A stretch of 64,000 bases of DNA, from the NCBI RefSeq assembly GCF_006345805.1, contig NC_043006.1, forward strand, positions 54,684,001 to 54,748,000, in the 5' to 3' direction. The stretch comes from Octopus sinensis. Taxonomy: Eukaryota. Shown here piece by piece: positions 23,727 through 35,982 of the stretch; within the stretch, counting starts at the first letter, position 1, and each line of letters opens with the position of its first letter. The notes below the pieces were generated by a model. It was not told where the DNA came from. It searched no databases and worked only from the letters and a program-made list of their open reading frames with translations. The translations under genes and the position numbers were made by a program.

Positions 23727-24289
23727 TATTCATTGAAGAAATATCTCTTCAAAATATATATTAAACTAAAGGCGGTGCTCCAGCATGGCCACAGTCAAAT
23801 GACTGAAACAAGTGTAAGAGTAAAAGAGTAAACCAGTATATCTTGGATAAAATATCCCTATAAGAGGTTTAAATATCCTCATTGTGACTATATATATAAT
23901 TTTCTATATCTATATCTATTTTTTATCATACAATTCCTAATGATATTTAACTATAAAAATAAAAATTTAACTATAAAAATAAAATAGAATTTTTTTTAAA
24001 CATTGAATGGCTAAGCGGGTTCATCTGAGTAAATTAGGAATCAAAGGCGGCCCATAGGCAAAAAATGGTTGAGAACCACTGCTCTAAACTGATACCAGTT
24101 GTTTGCCTGTACATTCTTTCTTTCTGTTGTATATGCACCCACTCAGTGCTATACCAGTTATAGACTTTCATTGCGAGGTACTTTTTATTTTAGTTGCAGT
24201 TCCAAGTCAGAGTTTTAGGTGATAAGGCAACCTGAGCACTTATGTATACACCTATTACATTATTACATCATTAGATGCAATTTTACCTG

Positions 24290-24321
<32 letters not shown>

Positions 24322-24324
<3 letters not shown>

Positions 24325-24975
24325 GTCATTAAGAATGAAATGTCTGATTTTGTTATTCACCAAGTTTGACAATCATCAACTCTAATGTTTTATCCTGACA
24401 ATTCTTTGTTTTACAACATTGAAGAATTACATCATCACTTTTTGCGAAATGCAATTCATGTTGTCTGATTATAATGTGTTTTCTCTTGTGAATCAATTTT
24501 TATGAACCTATGAATAGATAAAAATTGGTGTTGTTTATGAATATGAGTTCTGTCATGGAACCATGCATCCCAGACAGCTCGAAACATCAATGAGGTGTTT
24601 GGTGAAGATGTGGCAAATGAGTGCACTGTATGTTGATGATTTGAAAAGTTCCGGTCTGGTGACTTTACTCTTGAAAATCAGCCCCGTATTAGACCTGAGA
24701 CCAAGGTGGATAATGATGAGTTAGAAACTGTAGTGGAGGTGGATACATCTCAAACTATGCATGAGTTAGCAGCAAGGTTTGATGTTTTGATTCTGTATCG
24801 GACCATCTGAAACAAATCAGCAAGGTAAAAAAGCTGGACAAGTGGGTACTACTTAAATGAGCATCAAATGACACATCATCTTGAAACTTGCTGTTCTTTG
24901 CTGTCATGGCATAAAAGCGAACCATTTTTGCATCGTATTGTTACATGTGATGAAAAATGGATTCTTTTCAACAAG
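24322..24975 (+). mobile_element. 5' half of a degenerate mariner (SETMAR/cecropia-like) transposon
   Basis: ARNINEVFGEDVANECTV..FEKFRSGDFTLEN.P and IVTCDEKWILFN. Confidence 0.85.
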
Positions 24976-25405
24976 AGTGTTGTTGGTTAGCTAGATGGAG
25001 AATGTGGCCAGCCAGACATAATTGGAAGTGGAACAAAGAAAATTGTTGTGAGAATAGTTTGAATAATGGCAGAACATATTTGTCAAAAAGAAGGAATAAT
25101 TAAAAAAAATTACAGAAATAATAATTATTCACTTATCTTAAATTTAGCTCACTCACTCACAATAACTTCTTTCATAAATGACAAATATATGTTCATGAGC
25201 TGCCAATAATGAAAATAGCCAAATACTTGCCCAAATACTTGCCCAAATTAATGTACCTTCAATACCACTATAAATATTCATTGAATAGTAATGTTTTCCT
25301 ACAATGTAGATCTTGGATCCAAAGAAAGGCTGGTGATAGAAGGAGGTCTGAATGTTGTAGAAGCTTCTATCTGTCTGTGTATCTTCCTATCTGCCCACCT
25401 GCCTG

Positions 25406-25571
25406 CTGGGCCAGTTCAAGGTACCGGAAACTGGGGCAGTTGTCTGAGGCACCATGTGCATTTTAGTCTATATTTTCAATTTTTCTCCTTGTGAAAGTTT
25501 TAAAAATTATACTCATAAGGGCACTGAAGTTCCGCTTGCCTGGGGCGCCAGTAACCCTAGGGCTGGCCCTG
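25406..25571. mobile_element. hAT-like MITE, 166 bp, 8-bp TSD cctgcctg/cttgcctg
   Basis: Termini ctgggccagttc / gggctggccctg; TSD matches at 7 of 8 positions. Confidence 0.7.
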
Positions 25572-25584
25572 CTTGCCTGTATGT

Positions 25585-26460
25585 AACTCCTGTATGCTGA
25601 TGACCTTGTTCTCATTGTAGAATCTGTGTAAGATTTGGAGAAGAAATTCCAGACATAGAAACAAAATCTGGAATTGAAGGACCTTAAGGTAAACTGAGTG
25701 AAGACTAAAGCCATGATAAGTATAAAAGAAGACATGTCCCTGATGCTGTCAGGGAAATGGCTATGCTTAGTTTGCAGAAAAAGAATAGGTAGAAACTCTA
25801 TACTGTGCTTAGTTTAAACAATGGATGCACAGGAGGTATAGTGGGATCACAGGTAGGTTAACTGGAAGGGCAACTTTGCTTGGAGTGTACCCATAAAAAT
25901 GATTCTTTCTACTGCTCAGAAGGCTTCCTATAATTAGTCGATGGTCTTTGTTTCTTAGATCATCACATTAGCAGTGGGAGTGTGTGCACTGAAAGCATAG
26001 TAGCCAAAGTGAAAACAAGTTCAGTGTTAATACATCTGTTGGTAAAAAGAGCTCTCTCTCTTCAAATGAAAGGCAGATTGTATGATGTTTGTGTGTGAAG
26101 TGGATTGCTACATGATAGTAACATCTGGGTCATGAACGCAGAGGATATGTGAAGGCTTAGAAAGAAACGAGGCAAGCATGCCCTGCTGAATGTAAAATGT
26201 CAGTGTGCATTAATGATACAACACAAATGACTTGAGAGAATAAATGTGCATAAGATAAATTAGATGCTGTTTACAAGAAATAAAACTGCAATGGTATGGG
26301 TATGTGATGTATATGGATGATGTCAGCAGCATAAAGAAGTGTCAAGGGCTTAAAGCTGATGGTGCCTGTCGAAGAGGAAGACTAGAAAGACAAGAGCTGA
26401 AGTGATGAAAACTGATTTCAATTTCTGCTTGGGACACAACCGAGAATCAATATAGAGATA
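25585..26460 (+). mobile_element. Degenerate RTE LINE RT-to-3' fragment
   Basis: LLYADDLVLIVES...LKVN..KTK, followed by decayed RTE C-terminal sequence. Confidence 0.8.
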
Positions 26461-26984
26461 TTAGTTATTTACATATATTTAATATACACCCTCATACATT
26501 CACCTACCAGCACACAGTGCACACACATTCACCTCTCACTGGCACATGTGGTAGCCTTAATACAGTCACTTGACTTGCTGGAAATAGCAGCCAAATCACT
26601 TTCAAATCACACTCTACCACCTTATAAATAGAACTCATTGGATAATGTCATTTGGATATGCTATGCCTGAAAATAAAATTGATGGCCATGGTTGGAATGC
26701 ATTTGATTACAGCTTTGCTTGAGCAAAGCATGTTTGGTACTAAACACCACCACTACCACCACCACCAAAAACAACAGTAACACCAACACACTATATACAC
26801 ATTCACCTCCACACCACTCCACAAACACTACAAATACATACATATCTACACCCCTCCAACCATGCTACAGAAACAAAGTAGATCTCATTTGTTAACTTTC
26901 CCATAGGAAATCATTTAATTTCACAGAATACTTCCCAAATACACACAATTTCGTTAATATTTTCATTGAATTTTCCCTCTCATT

Positions 26985-27203
26985 AAGGTGATGAGCTGGC
27001 AGAAATGTTAGTACACCGGACGAAATGCTTAGTGGTATTTCATCTATCTTTACGTTCTGAGTTCAAATTCCGCTGAGGTCAACTTTGCCTTTCATATTTT
27101 CGGGGTCAATAAATTAAGTACCAGTTGCATACTGGAGTTGATCTAATCGACGGGCCCCTCCCTCAAAATTTCAGGCCTTGTGCCTAAAAGTAGAAAAGAA
27201 TTC
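26985..27203 (+). mobile_element. tRNA-derived SINE family A
   Basis: aaggtgatgagctggcagaaatgttag...gagttcaaattcc. Confidence 0.85.
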
Positions 27204-27841
27204 TCTTTCTCATTTTGCTTTAATCAAGCTTTATTATTTTTTTTTATAAAAAGGCTTTTTACATAAAATCTCAAATATATATAACTAAATTTCATACATG
27301 TAGGCATAGGCATGGCTGTGTGGTCAAGAAGCTTGTTGAAAAATTTCCCTCTCACTTGAAAGAAATAGATTTTTAACATTTCCAATTGCTGCGGTCAGTC
27401 TTATAAAAGTAATATGAGGGGATGTCTGATGAATTTCAACAGAATGGCATTCTGAAGACTACCACATTAGCTTACAAAGAGGAAACAAGTAGAAAAAGTA
27501 CAATACAAAAAAATGAAGATTTAATGATGGATCAGCACAGGAGACTGACTCATCAGGTTCAGCATATGAAGTATTCCTTTTCAATATCTTTCTACCTATC
27601 ATCAAAGTCTGAAAGAGCAGGGTTCAACTGGTACATATTGTCTGGGGCTGGAGAGCCAAAGAAGGGTTAGTGAATATTTGACAGACCCCTAAAAAAAACA
27701 CACACAAAAAACCCCCCAAAATCTCACAGCCCCCTTGAATTTTGAGATTCTCCCCTCCAAGGGGAAGCAGTTATGTTCTGCCTTGCATAATTTCTCTAGG
27801 GAGGCTCTGCCTATCATTGATCAGTTGTGTAACATCTAGAG

Positions 27842-28184
27842 CAGGGGTTCTTAACCATTTTTATCTATGGACCCCTTTGATTACTATTCTTTTCTGGTGG
27901 ACCCCCATAGCCATTTGATATTGAAAGACTAGTTTTATATAAATTTTTTTCAACATTTTTATTTTGTTTTTCACACATTAACTTTTGTAGATGTATGCAA
28001 AATGTTGGAGAATGAAACCAAGCTGTTTCTTACAATACATACAAATACATACATCTAAAGCAAAATTTTTCAGTGGTCCTTAAAATACTATTATGGATTC
28101 CCAATTTATTATTTTGTTGTGTGGACCCCAAAAAATTTTATATGGACTATCAGGCGCCATATGGACCCTGGTTGAGAACAACTG
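27842..28184. mobile_element. hAT MITE (caggggttcttaacc ... ggttgagaacaactg)
   Basis: hAT-type termini; left flank atctagag, no matching right 8-mer. Confidence 0.7.
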
Positions 28185-28226
28185 AAAATAAATGGATAGA
28201 TATTTATGCAAAAGTGAACACAAAGG

Positions 28227-28390
28227 TGCAGGTATGGCTGTGTGGTAAGAAGTTTGCTTCCCAACCATGTGATTCCAGGTTCAGTCCCACTGAGTGGCAC
28301 CTTTGGTAAGTGTTTTCTACTATAGTCTCAGGATGATCAAAGCCTTGTGAATGGATTTGGTAGATGGAAATTGAAAGAAACCTGGATATA
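28227..28390 (+). mobile_element. tRNA-derived SINE family B
   Basis: gcaggtatggctgtgtggtaagaagtttgcttcccaacc...ggttcagtccc. Confidence 0.85.
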
Positions 28391-28445
28391 CCACCTTAGT
28401 ACCATTGATCAGTTGTGTAACATCTAGTGCAGTTACTCTGCACTG

Positions 28446-28532
28446 CCTGCACCAAGGTCAGCGTCACCAACCAACCCCATGAGCAGGACAACCTGCACCA
28501 AGGTCACTTTCACCAACCAACCCCATGAGCAG
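28446..28532. repeat. 46-bp period tandem duplication
   Basis: cctgcaccaaggtca....caccaaccaaccccatgagcag occurs twice. Confidence 0.85.
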
Positions 28533-28899
28533 TACTGCCAATTACCAATCCTTACCAATTCCCAACGCTTATCAATCCCCAATGCTTGTTATGCGCATGT
28601 ATACGCATGCACAAGTATGCATGTGCACAGGCACACTAATATGCATGTGTACATACATGCATATATACATATAAATGAATATGTAGGTGTGTGTGTGTGA
28701 ACATGTGTGTATGAGTGAGCATGTCTGTTCATATGTGTGTGTGTGGGGTGGGGGAGTATGCATGCCCATGTACAGATGTGCATGCTTGTATCAATACAAA
28801 CATGCATGCAAAATCATATGAGCGTGTCCACACAGCCAAAATATACAACTGTATACTTGCACATACTGCCCCCTTCCTACTTCCCCGCCAAAAACTCAA

Positions 28900-28991
28900 C
28901 TGATTTCCTGTCTGCCACATGGTCAATTTCTTGTCCATCACATGGTCGATTTCCCGTCTACCATGTGGCCGATTTCTTGTTCTTCATGTGG
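28900..28991. repeat. 4 x 23-bp degenerate tandem repeat
   Basis: ctgatttcctgtctgccacatgg / tcaatttcttgtccatcacatgg / tcgatttcccgtctaccatgtgg / ccgatttcttgttcttcatgtgg. Confidence 0.8.
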
Positions 28992-29110
28992 TATTTTCCA
29001 ACCAGCTGTTGTTGCTAATATACCAATATACCAACATCAAACCACGACACTACGTGACCTTCCCTGACCAATTGCAGCTCACCTTACAATAATAACAATC
29101 AACTCCTTTC

Positions 29111-29176
29111 ATTCAAATTCAAAATGGCTGAAGACTATCATCATGCTTGAAACTCAGAGTACCAACGAATTTGAAT
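29111..29176 (+). ncRNA. Type I hammerhead-like motif with extended stem I and degenerate stem II
   Basis: attcaaattc-aaaa-tgg-CTGAAGA-ctatcatcatgctt-GAAAC-tcaga-GTA-cca-ac-gaatttgaat. Confidence 0.6.
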
Positions 29177-29282
29177 CAAAATGTTTTGATCTATATCTAT
29201 CTATCTATATATGTATATTACATGTATATATATATATCATATATCTATATATATATTACATATATATATATATCATATATCT

Positions 29283-29473
29283 TGGGGAGATTTAGCATGA
29301 TACAGTGTGTGACAAGGCTGGCCATTTGAAATACAGGTACTACTCATTTTTGCCAGCTGAGTGGACTGGAGCAACGTGAAATAAAGTGTCTTGCCCAAGG
29401 ACACAACGCGCTGCCAGGAATTGAACTCATGACCTTACGATCATGAGCCAAATGCCACTAAGCCATGCACCTT
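29283..29473 (-). mobile_element. tRNA-derived SINE family C
   Basis: Head gtgcatggcttagtgg...gagttcaattcctgg; related copies at ~44340-44600 (-), 47280-47580, 52503-52690 and 55333-55560 (+). Confidence 0.75.
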
Positions 29474-29589
29474 TATATATATATATCATCCTCATCATCT
29501 TCGTTTAGCATCCGCTTTCCATGCTAGCATGGGTTGGACGGTTCAACTGGGGTCTGGGAAGCCAGAAGGCTGCACCAGGCCCAGTCTGA

Positions 29590-29634
<45 letters not shown>

Positions 29635-29699
29635 CGTACACCACACACGTGTGTGTGCCTTTGTGTGTGTATTTTTCCCTTGCTACCACTTGACAACCA

Positions 29700-30016
29700 A
29701 AAATACGGACATCATGATTCGGACAAAAATTTCAAAACATTTCTTTACTTACGGTTACGGTTTCAGGGTGAGGGTTAGGGTTTTTAGGGTTAGGGTTTTA
29801 GGGTTAGTGTTGGGGAAAAAAGTCAAAATTGAAGAAGTTGGAGGGAAGGGGAGGAAATTTCACAATGCCGATTTTTGGCAATTTTCCGGGACCTCCGTAT
29901 TCGAAAACGGGGATTTTTTTTGGGGGAAAATTTTTTTTACAAAAATAAACAAGGAAATGGGGTGGGGACGGGTGGAAGTCTTTCCTGAGTTGATTTTTTT
30001 GAATCATTTACCTTAA
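29700..30016. repeat. Unclassified repeat containing degenerate (TTAGGG)-like units (29750-29810)
   Basis: ggttacggttacggtttcagggtgagggttagggtttttagggttagggtttttagggttag. Confidence 0.5.
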
Positions 30017-30499
30017 CGTTAATATTCCATTCCTTCTTATTTATATAATTTTCTGCTTACATAAAAACGGATTATGTAACAAAACATACAAATAATTTAA
30101 CTTTCACTGAATTTAACTTGAATCTAAGCTTCATTAAATTGACTATATCTTAAAGATTATGCACAATTTATATCTTCACATTCCTCCCCCCAAATTAAGT
30201 ATTCTGCCGAAACTGTATCAATAATTTTGTGTTAGTCCTAATCTTATGGTTAGTAAAAGTTTTACTATAAACTTATCTATATCGACAGTTTTCGAAGAAA
30301 ATACTTGTGTACACATATTACATAATATACACACACTCGCGCAAATAAAAATACATACTTACAGACTCGCATGTCAAGCGATTTAACTTGAATACAAACA
30401 ATTCATAAATTAAAACGAAATAAATGATAATTGTCTACAATACTCAGAAAAAAGTTTTTTTCTTTCTTGTCTATTGTTAATTTGCAATTTGTAAATTGA

Positions 30500-30600
30500 G
30501 GTGCTTCCCGCCCCCCATCAACTCGAAGCGGGCACCAATCAACAAGTAAATCTAATTTATGTGACAAGTTGCGGCTTCCATAGACACTAATTCACGGTCG
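30500..30600. promoter_or_regulatory. Candidate core promoter with GC box and CCAAT box
   Basis: cccgccccc (~30508-30516) and ccaatc (~30535) in unique CpG-retaining DNA, flanked by a GTAAGT donor on each strand. Confidence 0.45.
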
Positions 30601-31128
30601 TTTTGTTACACACACACATATGTATATGTGTGTTTCTGTGTGTATGTGTGTGTGTATTTATCTCCCTTTAGGATTCTTGCTATAACTGCAAGATATCAAA
30701 ACAACCTAAATTTTAGTTTGAAAACACAAATACACACGCGCGCACATACATACACACACACACATACATACACACTTACAAACAAACATACCCAAACCGT
30801 ACACTCTACACACCCACACATACATACACGCGTACATTCCCACATACATTATATATATATATCTATATATATATATATATCTATATATATATATAAATAT
30901 ATGTATATGTGACACATGTACACACACCACACACGTATGTTTTATTGATACAATTTTGCATTCGATCGTTATTTGTTGTGGTTCAACCGGTGATACTATA
31001 TTTCTTGTACACCTCCATCTCGTTTACTCACATCAATTTATATTCATCGGGATTCTTTTTTACGGTGAAAGTTAGCTGCAGGAGGACTTGACCCCCCTCA
31101 CACGCAAACACAAACAAACTGAGACAGC

Positions 31129-31134
31129 ATGCTC
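31129..31134 (+). CDS. Candidate first-exon coding start (Met-Leu) before a perfect GTAAGT donor
   Basis: cagcATGCTC|gtaagt; a 72-nt intron would end at t14 aaag| (31206). Confidence 0.25.
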
Positions 31135-34100
31135 GTAAGTAAAACACCTTTGCACGAAATTTAATTATTACTTGTCATTATTTTGAGTTTTTTTTTTTTT
31201 TTAAAGCTAATCTTCAAGTCTGGAATCAGTTCATATTTAATCCTGAAATCACGAAGTAAAAGCATGATCGTTTGCAATGGTGCTGAAAAAACCAAAATAC
31301 AACTTTTATATCGGTTAACCATCATGTTTACACCGACAAACCATCACATTTTCACATCAGCATCATTCTGATATATACATATATATATATATGTAATCAC
31401 TTCGATTTCTGTTATCTAATATCTAACTAATTTTGTTATAGCTTTATCATGTCTTTCTTTTCGTCACATTCCTCTAATGGATTTCTCGGTCGCATCTTTC
31501 TGTAACATCTCCCTTTTACTGTCTATGTCATACCCCTGACATATATGTTATATATATGTATGTCAATTATTTGTCTATTATTTATCGTTTAAATTTCTCC
31601 ATGTCTTACTTTTCTTGCTTCATTTCCAACTTTAATAATTTCATACGGGAAAGCTTACTGCATTAGTTAATGATGAACTTCTCTATCTAACTATACATTT
31701 ATAGGCCTATGCAGATACTCTTTTACTAGTTTCAGCCAGTAGGCTGGGCCATGCTGGGACAGGCAGATAAATGCAGTGATGGATAGAAAGAATGTGAGAT
31801 ATGAATAAATACTAACTTAGCGTTCACTAGTTTAGGATGTATGAGTCTGTCTTTGGAATGGTAGCTGACATTTAATCCCAGTACGCGACAATACTAATAT
31901 GTAAATGGATTAGTTGACAGACATATACAGACTCACCCATATTAACATGTGTATAGAAAGAGTGAGCGAGGGACAGCCGTATATAAAGAAAATTAACTGT
32001 CAAATGGATAGATGGACGGATGCATGCATGGATGGATAGCTAAATAGCTAGATGGATAGGTAGCTAATTACCTAGATGGACAGAAAGATAGAAAGTTAAA
32101 TGGATGGATGGATAAATAGATAGATAGATAGACAGACAAACAATCGACACGTATAGTTTTTCTCAACTGTTATGAGATGACAGTTTTCGAATGCGCCTCT
32201 TCGCGATCGTTTAATATGCTAAAGACAGTAGCTAAAATCTACAAATCAAACTCAGCTGTCTTGGAAAATGGTAAGGACACACCAAATAATGTAGTACAAA
32301 GCACACCTCTAAAAGGACGGGATGGTCATAGCTAGAATGCTTTTGATCATAGGTCTGCTCGACCAGGGTTTACTTGTTTTTAAACAACAGTAACAAACAT
32401 AAATAATAACACCCATCTTCACAATGCATCCATTCAGGATATCAACAGATAACAGTAGATTCATTTAATCAGTGTTATATTTAATTTCAGACAGTAGTGA
32501 AGGAGCGGGGTTGATCGTAAATTGTCTTTATTTTAAACCCCAGGTCAGCCACAATCGCGCAGACCTATGTATGAACAATGGCATTCCAGCTGTGACTATT
32601 TCTCTTTTTCTATGTGTAGGGAGGGAATCTAGGGTCACATTATTCAACGCATGTTTTTTGTTTTTCTAAGGCAATATAATGTAATTTGTGGGAGATTTAA
32701 CTGCCATTTGTAAGAGGTCGAACGACTACGTAAGAGGTTGTCTCGTTGGCTCGTGAAAATAGTTGTGTGCTGCACTGATGGCATCTAGTTCCCTACTGTT
32801 TAAAATTCACCAGGCTTGATAAAATGAGAAGCCTATACGCAATTACTAGAGCTAGAAATGGGTAAATCTGCCTCAAATCACACTACATCATATTAAAAAA
32901 AAGTAGATGTATGTAATTTTGACCAGATACACTAGTATGTTAGAATAAATGATGAGATGGTCACGACTGGAGCACCTCTGATCACATGTCTACTAGATTG
33001 AGATAACAAAATAGCTATAATTCCTCCGCCAAAAATAAATTTCATGTGTTATAAGAAAACGTTGTTGATAACGGGTTCCTTACGCAGCGCCGTTAGTAAA
33101 GGATAAAGCACAACTGTCAACCAATCTTTACTACCCTTAAAATAAATCTGCGGAGGATTCCTGTTTCAATGAGATTTTTTACTATTAGACACCCTTTTCT
33201 TTGCAGTAGAGTTGATGAAAGCCGAGTACGTACTTCGGTTTCTATCTCTGATGGAAATCATTTTACACGAGGCGCCGGTCAAGCTTTTAAAACCTAAACC
33301 TCGACCAGTCTTCTTTTCTAACCCCTTTAAATTCGAAGCCTTTTGTCTTATGTAAAGAATATATGTGTGCCCATTCTATGTATTTATTTGATCCGAGTTT
33401 TCAGTTCTTTATGTATGTTTCTTCTACTTTTTAATTATCATAAATCTTCCACTGAGGAGGGAGCCGGTTTCCAACAAAGATACAAGGCTCCATCTTTGGG
33501 ATGTAGTTAACACAGACAAATTTATGCATGCATGCATGTCATTATACAGTTTATTTCTAGATTTGTTGCCAATAGAGAAAGAACTAGTTTCTAACCTAGG
33601 TCCATTGGAATTTTTGTTTATATGTATGTATGTACATACGTACGTAGTATGTATTGTATGTTATTGCAATCAACCAAACTGTTATACACCGTTGGTTACA
33701 TTGCATTTCCAATTCTTTCGTGATTTTACCCTTCTTTTCCATCGTATTATGCAATATATATATATATATATTGCATAACGCCCTTCATTCCATCCACCCC
33801 CCGTTTACATATAAGTACATATGTGTTCACCCATGCACGTTTCGAAATCCTCCCCATCCCGCTTTGTAACACGTTTTGTATACCTTAATAACCGTGGTGG
33901 CAACATCACTATTGATGTTGTTTGACAACGGTAAAACTTCCGTCGAAATCAGTATAGAATCGTTTTAAACTCCTACTAACATGTAATTTCACTTAAGGTC
34001 ACTCATGTCTTTGCCTCTTTTTACTCTCCTTAGAATATGGAATCAGATGCTTTATACCGAAGAAACTTTTAATTATACTGTAATATAGTTATTATTGGTT

Positions 34101-34821
34101 TGGGTACTGTTCCTGATATTGAACTTATAAATTGTTTTGGCTCTTAAACGGAATAACAGTCGATGTATTAACAATCTGTAAATAAAGACTTATCACTTTT
34201 ATTTTGTCTAGTCAAAACAACTGCTTATGGGTCCAGATATTAAGCTTATAAGCCTCTTAACAAGCTAGATGTTAGTACTAACCAGACAGACTTTGGTACT
34301 GTTTTGTGAAAGGAATCTACTCTGATCTAACGGCATAATCGCCTATTGTCTTCCTTTGACGGGTGGACGGAATCGGGTTGCAAAACTTAATCGTTTTTAC
34401 CTAAAATCATATTTAAATACGCCCATTTCTCGAGTTTTCAATCCTCAGGCCAGCCACAATCAAAGGTTTTCATTATATTACGTAGTAATTATTAATTGAA
34501 TTAAATGAGAATTAAAATCGATTACATATTTGATTACTTAAACATTTAATTATTTCGACACCTAAATGCTCCCATATGTTAAAACAATCGTTCTTCAAAG
34601 CTAATTAATACTTCTCTGTATTGCATAGTATTATTTATATGGCTTTTGTTTCTAGGAAGTTTTGCAGATGTTATTTAACTTACAAAATGTAACTAGCAGA
34701 CGGTCGAACAGAATGTGCTCTCTGCTGTATGTTGCGGTTGAGGAAAAAAATATTTTGGTCAGAATTGGAAGACTTTCTCAATAACTTATCTTTTTGTGTC
34801 TGTGTGTGCGTGTTTTAACGG

Positions 34822-34910
<89 letters not shown>
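34822..34910. repeat. (TATC)n tetranucleotide microsatellite
   Basis: About 22 perfect units. Confidence 0.95.
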
Positions 34911-34911
<1 letters not shown>

Positions 34912-34974
34912 CACACACACACGTGTGTGTGTGTGTATTTATATATATGTTTGTATATATATATATTTATATAT

Positions 34975-35230
34975 ATATCATCATCATCATCGTTTAGCGT
35001 CCGTTTTCCATGCTAGCATGGGTTGGACGGTTCTACTGGGGTCTATGAAGCCAGAAGGCTTCATCAGGCCCAGTCAAATCTGGCAGTGTTTCTACGGCTG
35101 GATGCCCTTCCTAACGCCAACCACTCCGTGAGTGTAGTGGGTGCTTTTTACGTGCCACCCGCACAGGTGCCAGACAGAGCTGGCAAACGGCCACGAACAG
35201 ATGGTGCTTTTTATGTGCCACCGGCACGAG
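34975..35230 (-). mobile_element. RTE-like SINE tail (same family as 8005-8660)
   Basis: (CAT)n-cgtttagcgtccgttttccatgctagcatggg; other copies at ~29485, 47070, 48420, 49430, 55655 and 62000. Confidence 0.8.
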
Positions 35231-35367
35231 GGCCGTATGTATATATGTATGTATACATATGAATATGTATGTGTGTGTATTTGTATGTATATGTATATAT
35301 GTGTATTTGTATGTATATGTGTGCTTGTATGACTATTTGTATGTATGTGTATATATGTATTTGTATA

Positions 35368-35750
35368 TAGCTGTGAGGTAGGAAGCTTGCTTCCCAACCA
35401 CATGGTTTGGGGTTCAGTCCCATTGCATAGCACCTTGGGCAAGTGCCTTCTACTATAGCCACAAGCCAACCAAACCCTTATTAGTGGATTTGGTAGATAA
35501 AAACTGAAAGAAGCCCCTTGTATATATGTGTATATATATATATATCTATGTGTGTGTGTGTCTTAGTATTTGTGCTTGTTCCTCCACCACCACTTGACAC
35601 TTGGTGTTGGTGTGTGTATGTCCCCATAACTTAGCAGTTTGGCAAAAGATATTGATAGAGTAAGCATTTAAAAATAAGGAGTGGGGTTAATACATTCAAC
35701 TAAAAATTCTTCAGCATGGCCACAGTCTAATGACTGAAACAAGTAAAAGA
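35368..35750 (+). mobile_element. Full-length tRNA-derived SINE family B
   Basis: Head, (TA/TG) spacer, and 3' part ending aatgactgaaacaagtaaaag. Confidence 0.85.
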
Positions 35751-35769
35751 TAAAAAAATATATATATAT

Positions 35770-35947
35770 CTGTTCTATATTTAAGAGATGAGGAATTATG
35801 TACATTATTTGTATTTGATGGATATTTCTCCTCATCTTGTTCGTTGTTAACACAACATTTCGGCTGATATACCCTCCAGCCTTCATTAGGTGTCTTGGGG
35901 AAATTTTGAACCTGGGTTCTCAGTCATAAGGTTTTTTTTTTGATCTC

Positions 35948-35982
<35 letters not shown>

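Noticed and set aside
25300-25400. Exon-like segment after ttttcctacaatgtag
   Set aside because: In-frame stop in the phase needed to follow MSLK, and the apparent donor lies inside a hAT MITE.
27445-27495. CTGAAGA...GAAAC..GTA
   Set aside because: Neither stem I nor stem II can form.
33210-33252. TGATGA...CTGA resembling a C/D snoRNA
   Set aside because: Only ~40 nt and no terminal stem.
33445-33495. CTGAGGA followed by a ggagcc/ggctcc stem
   Set aside because: No GAAA after stem II and no NUH plus stem I.
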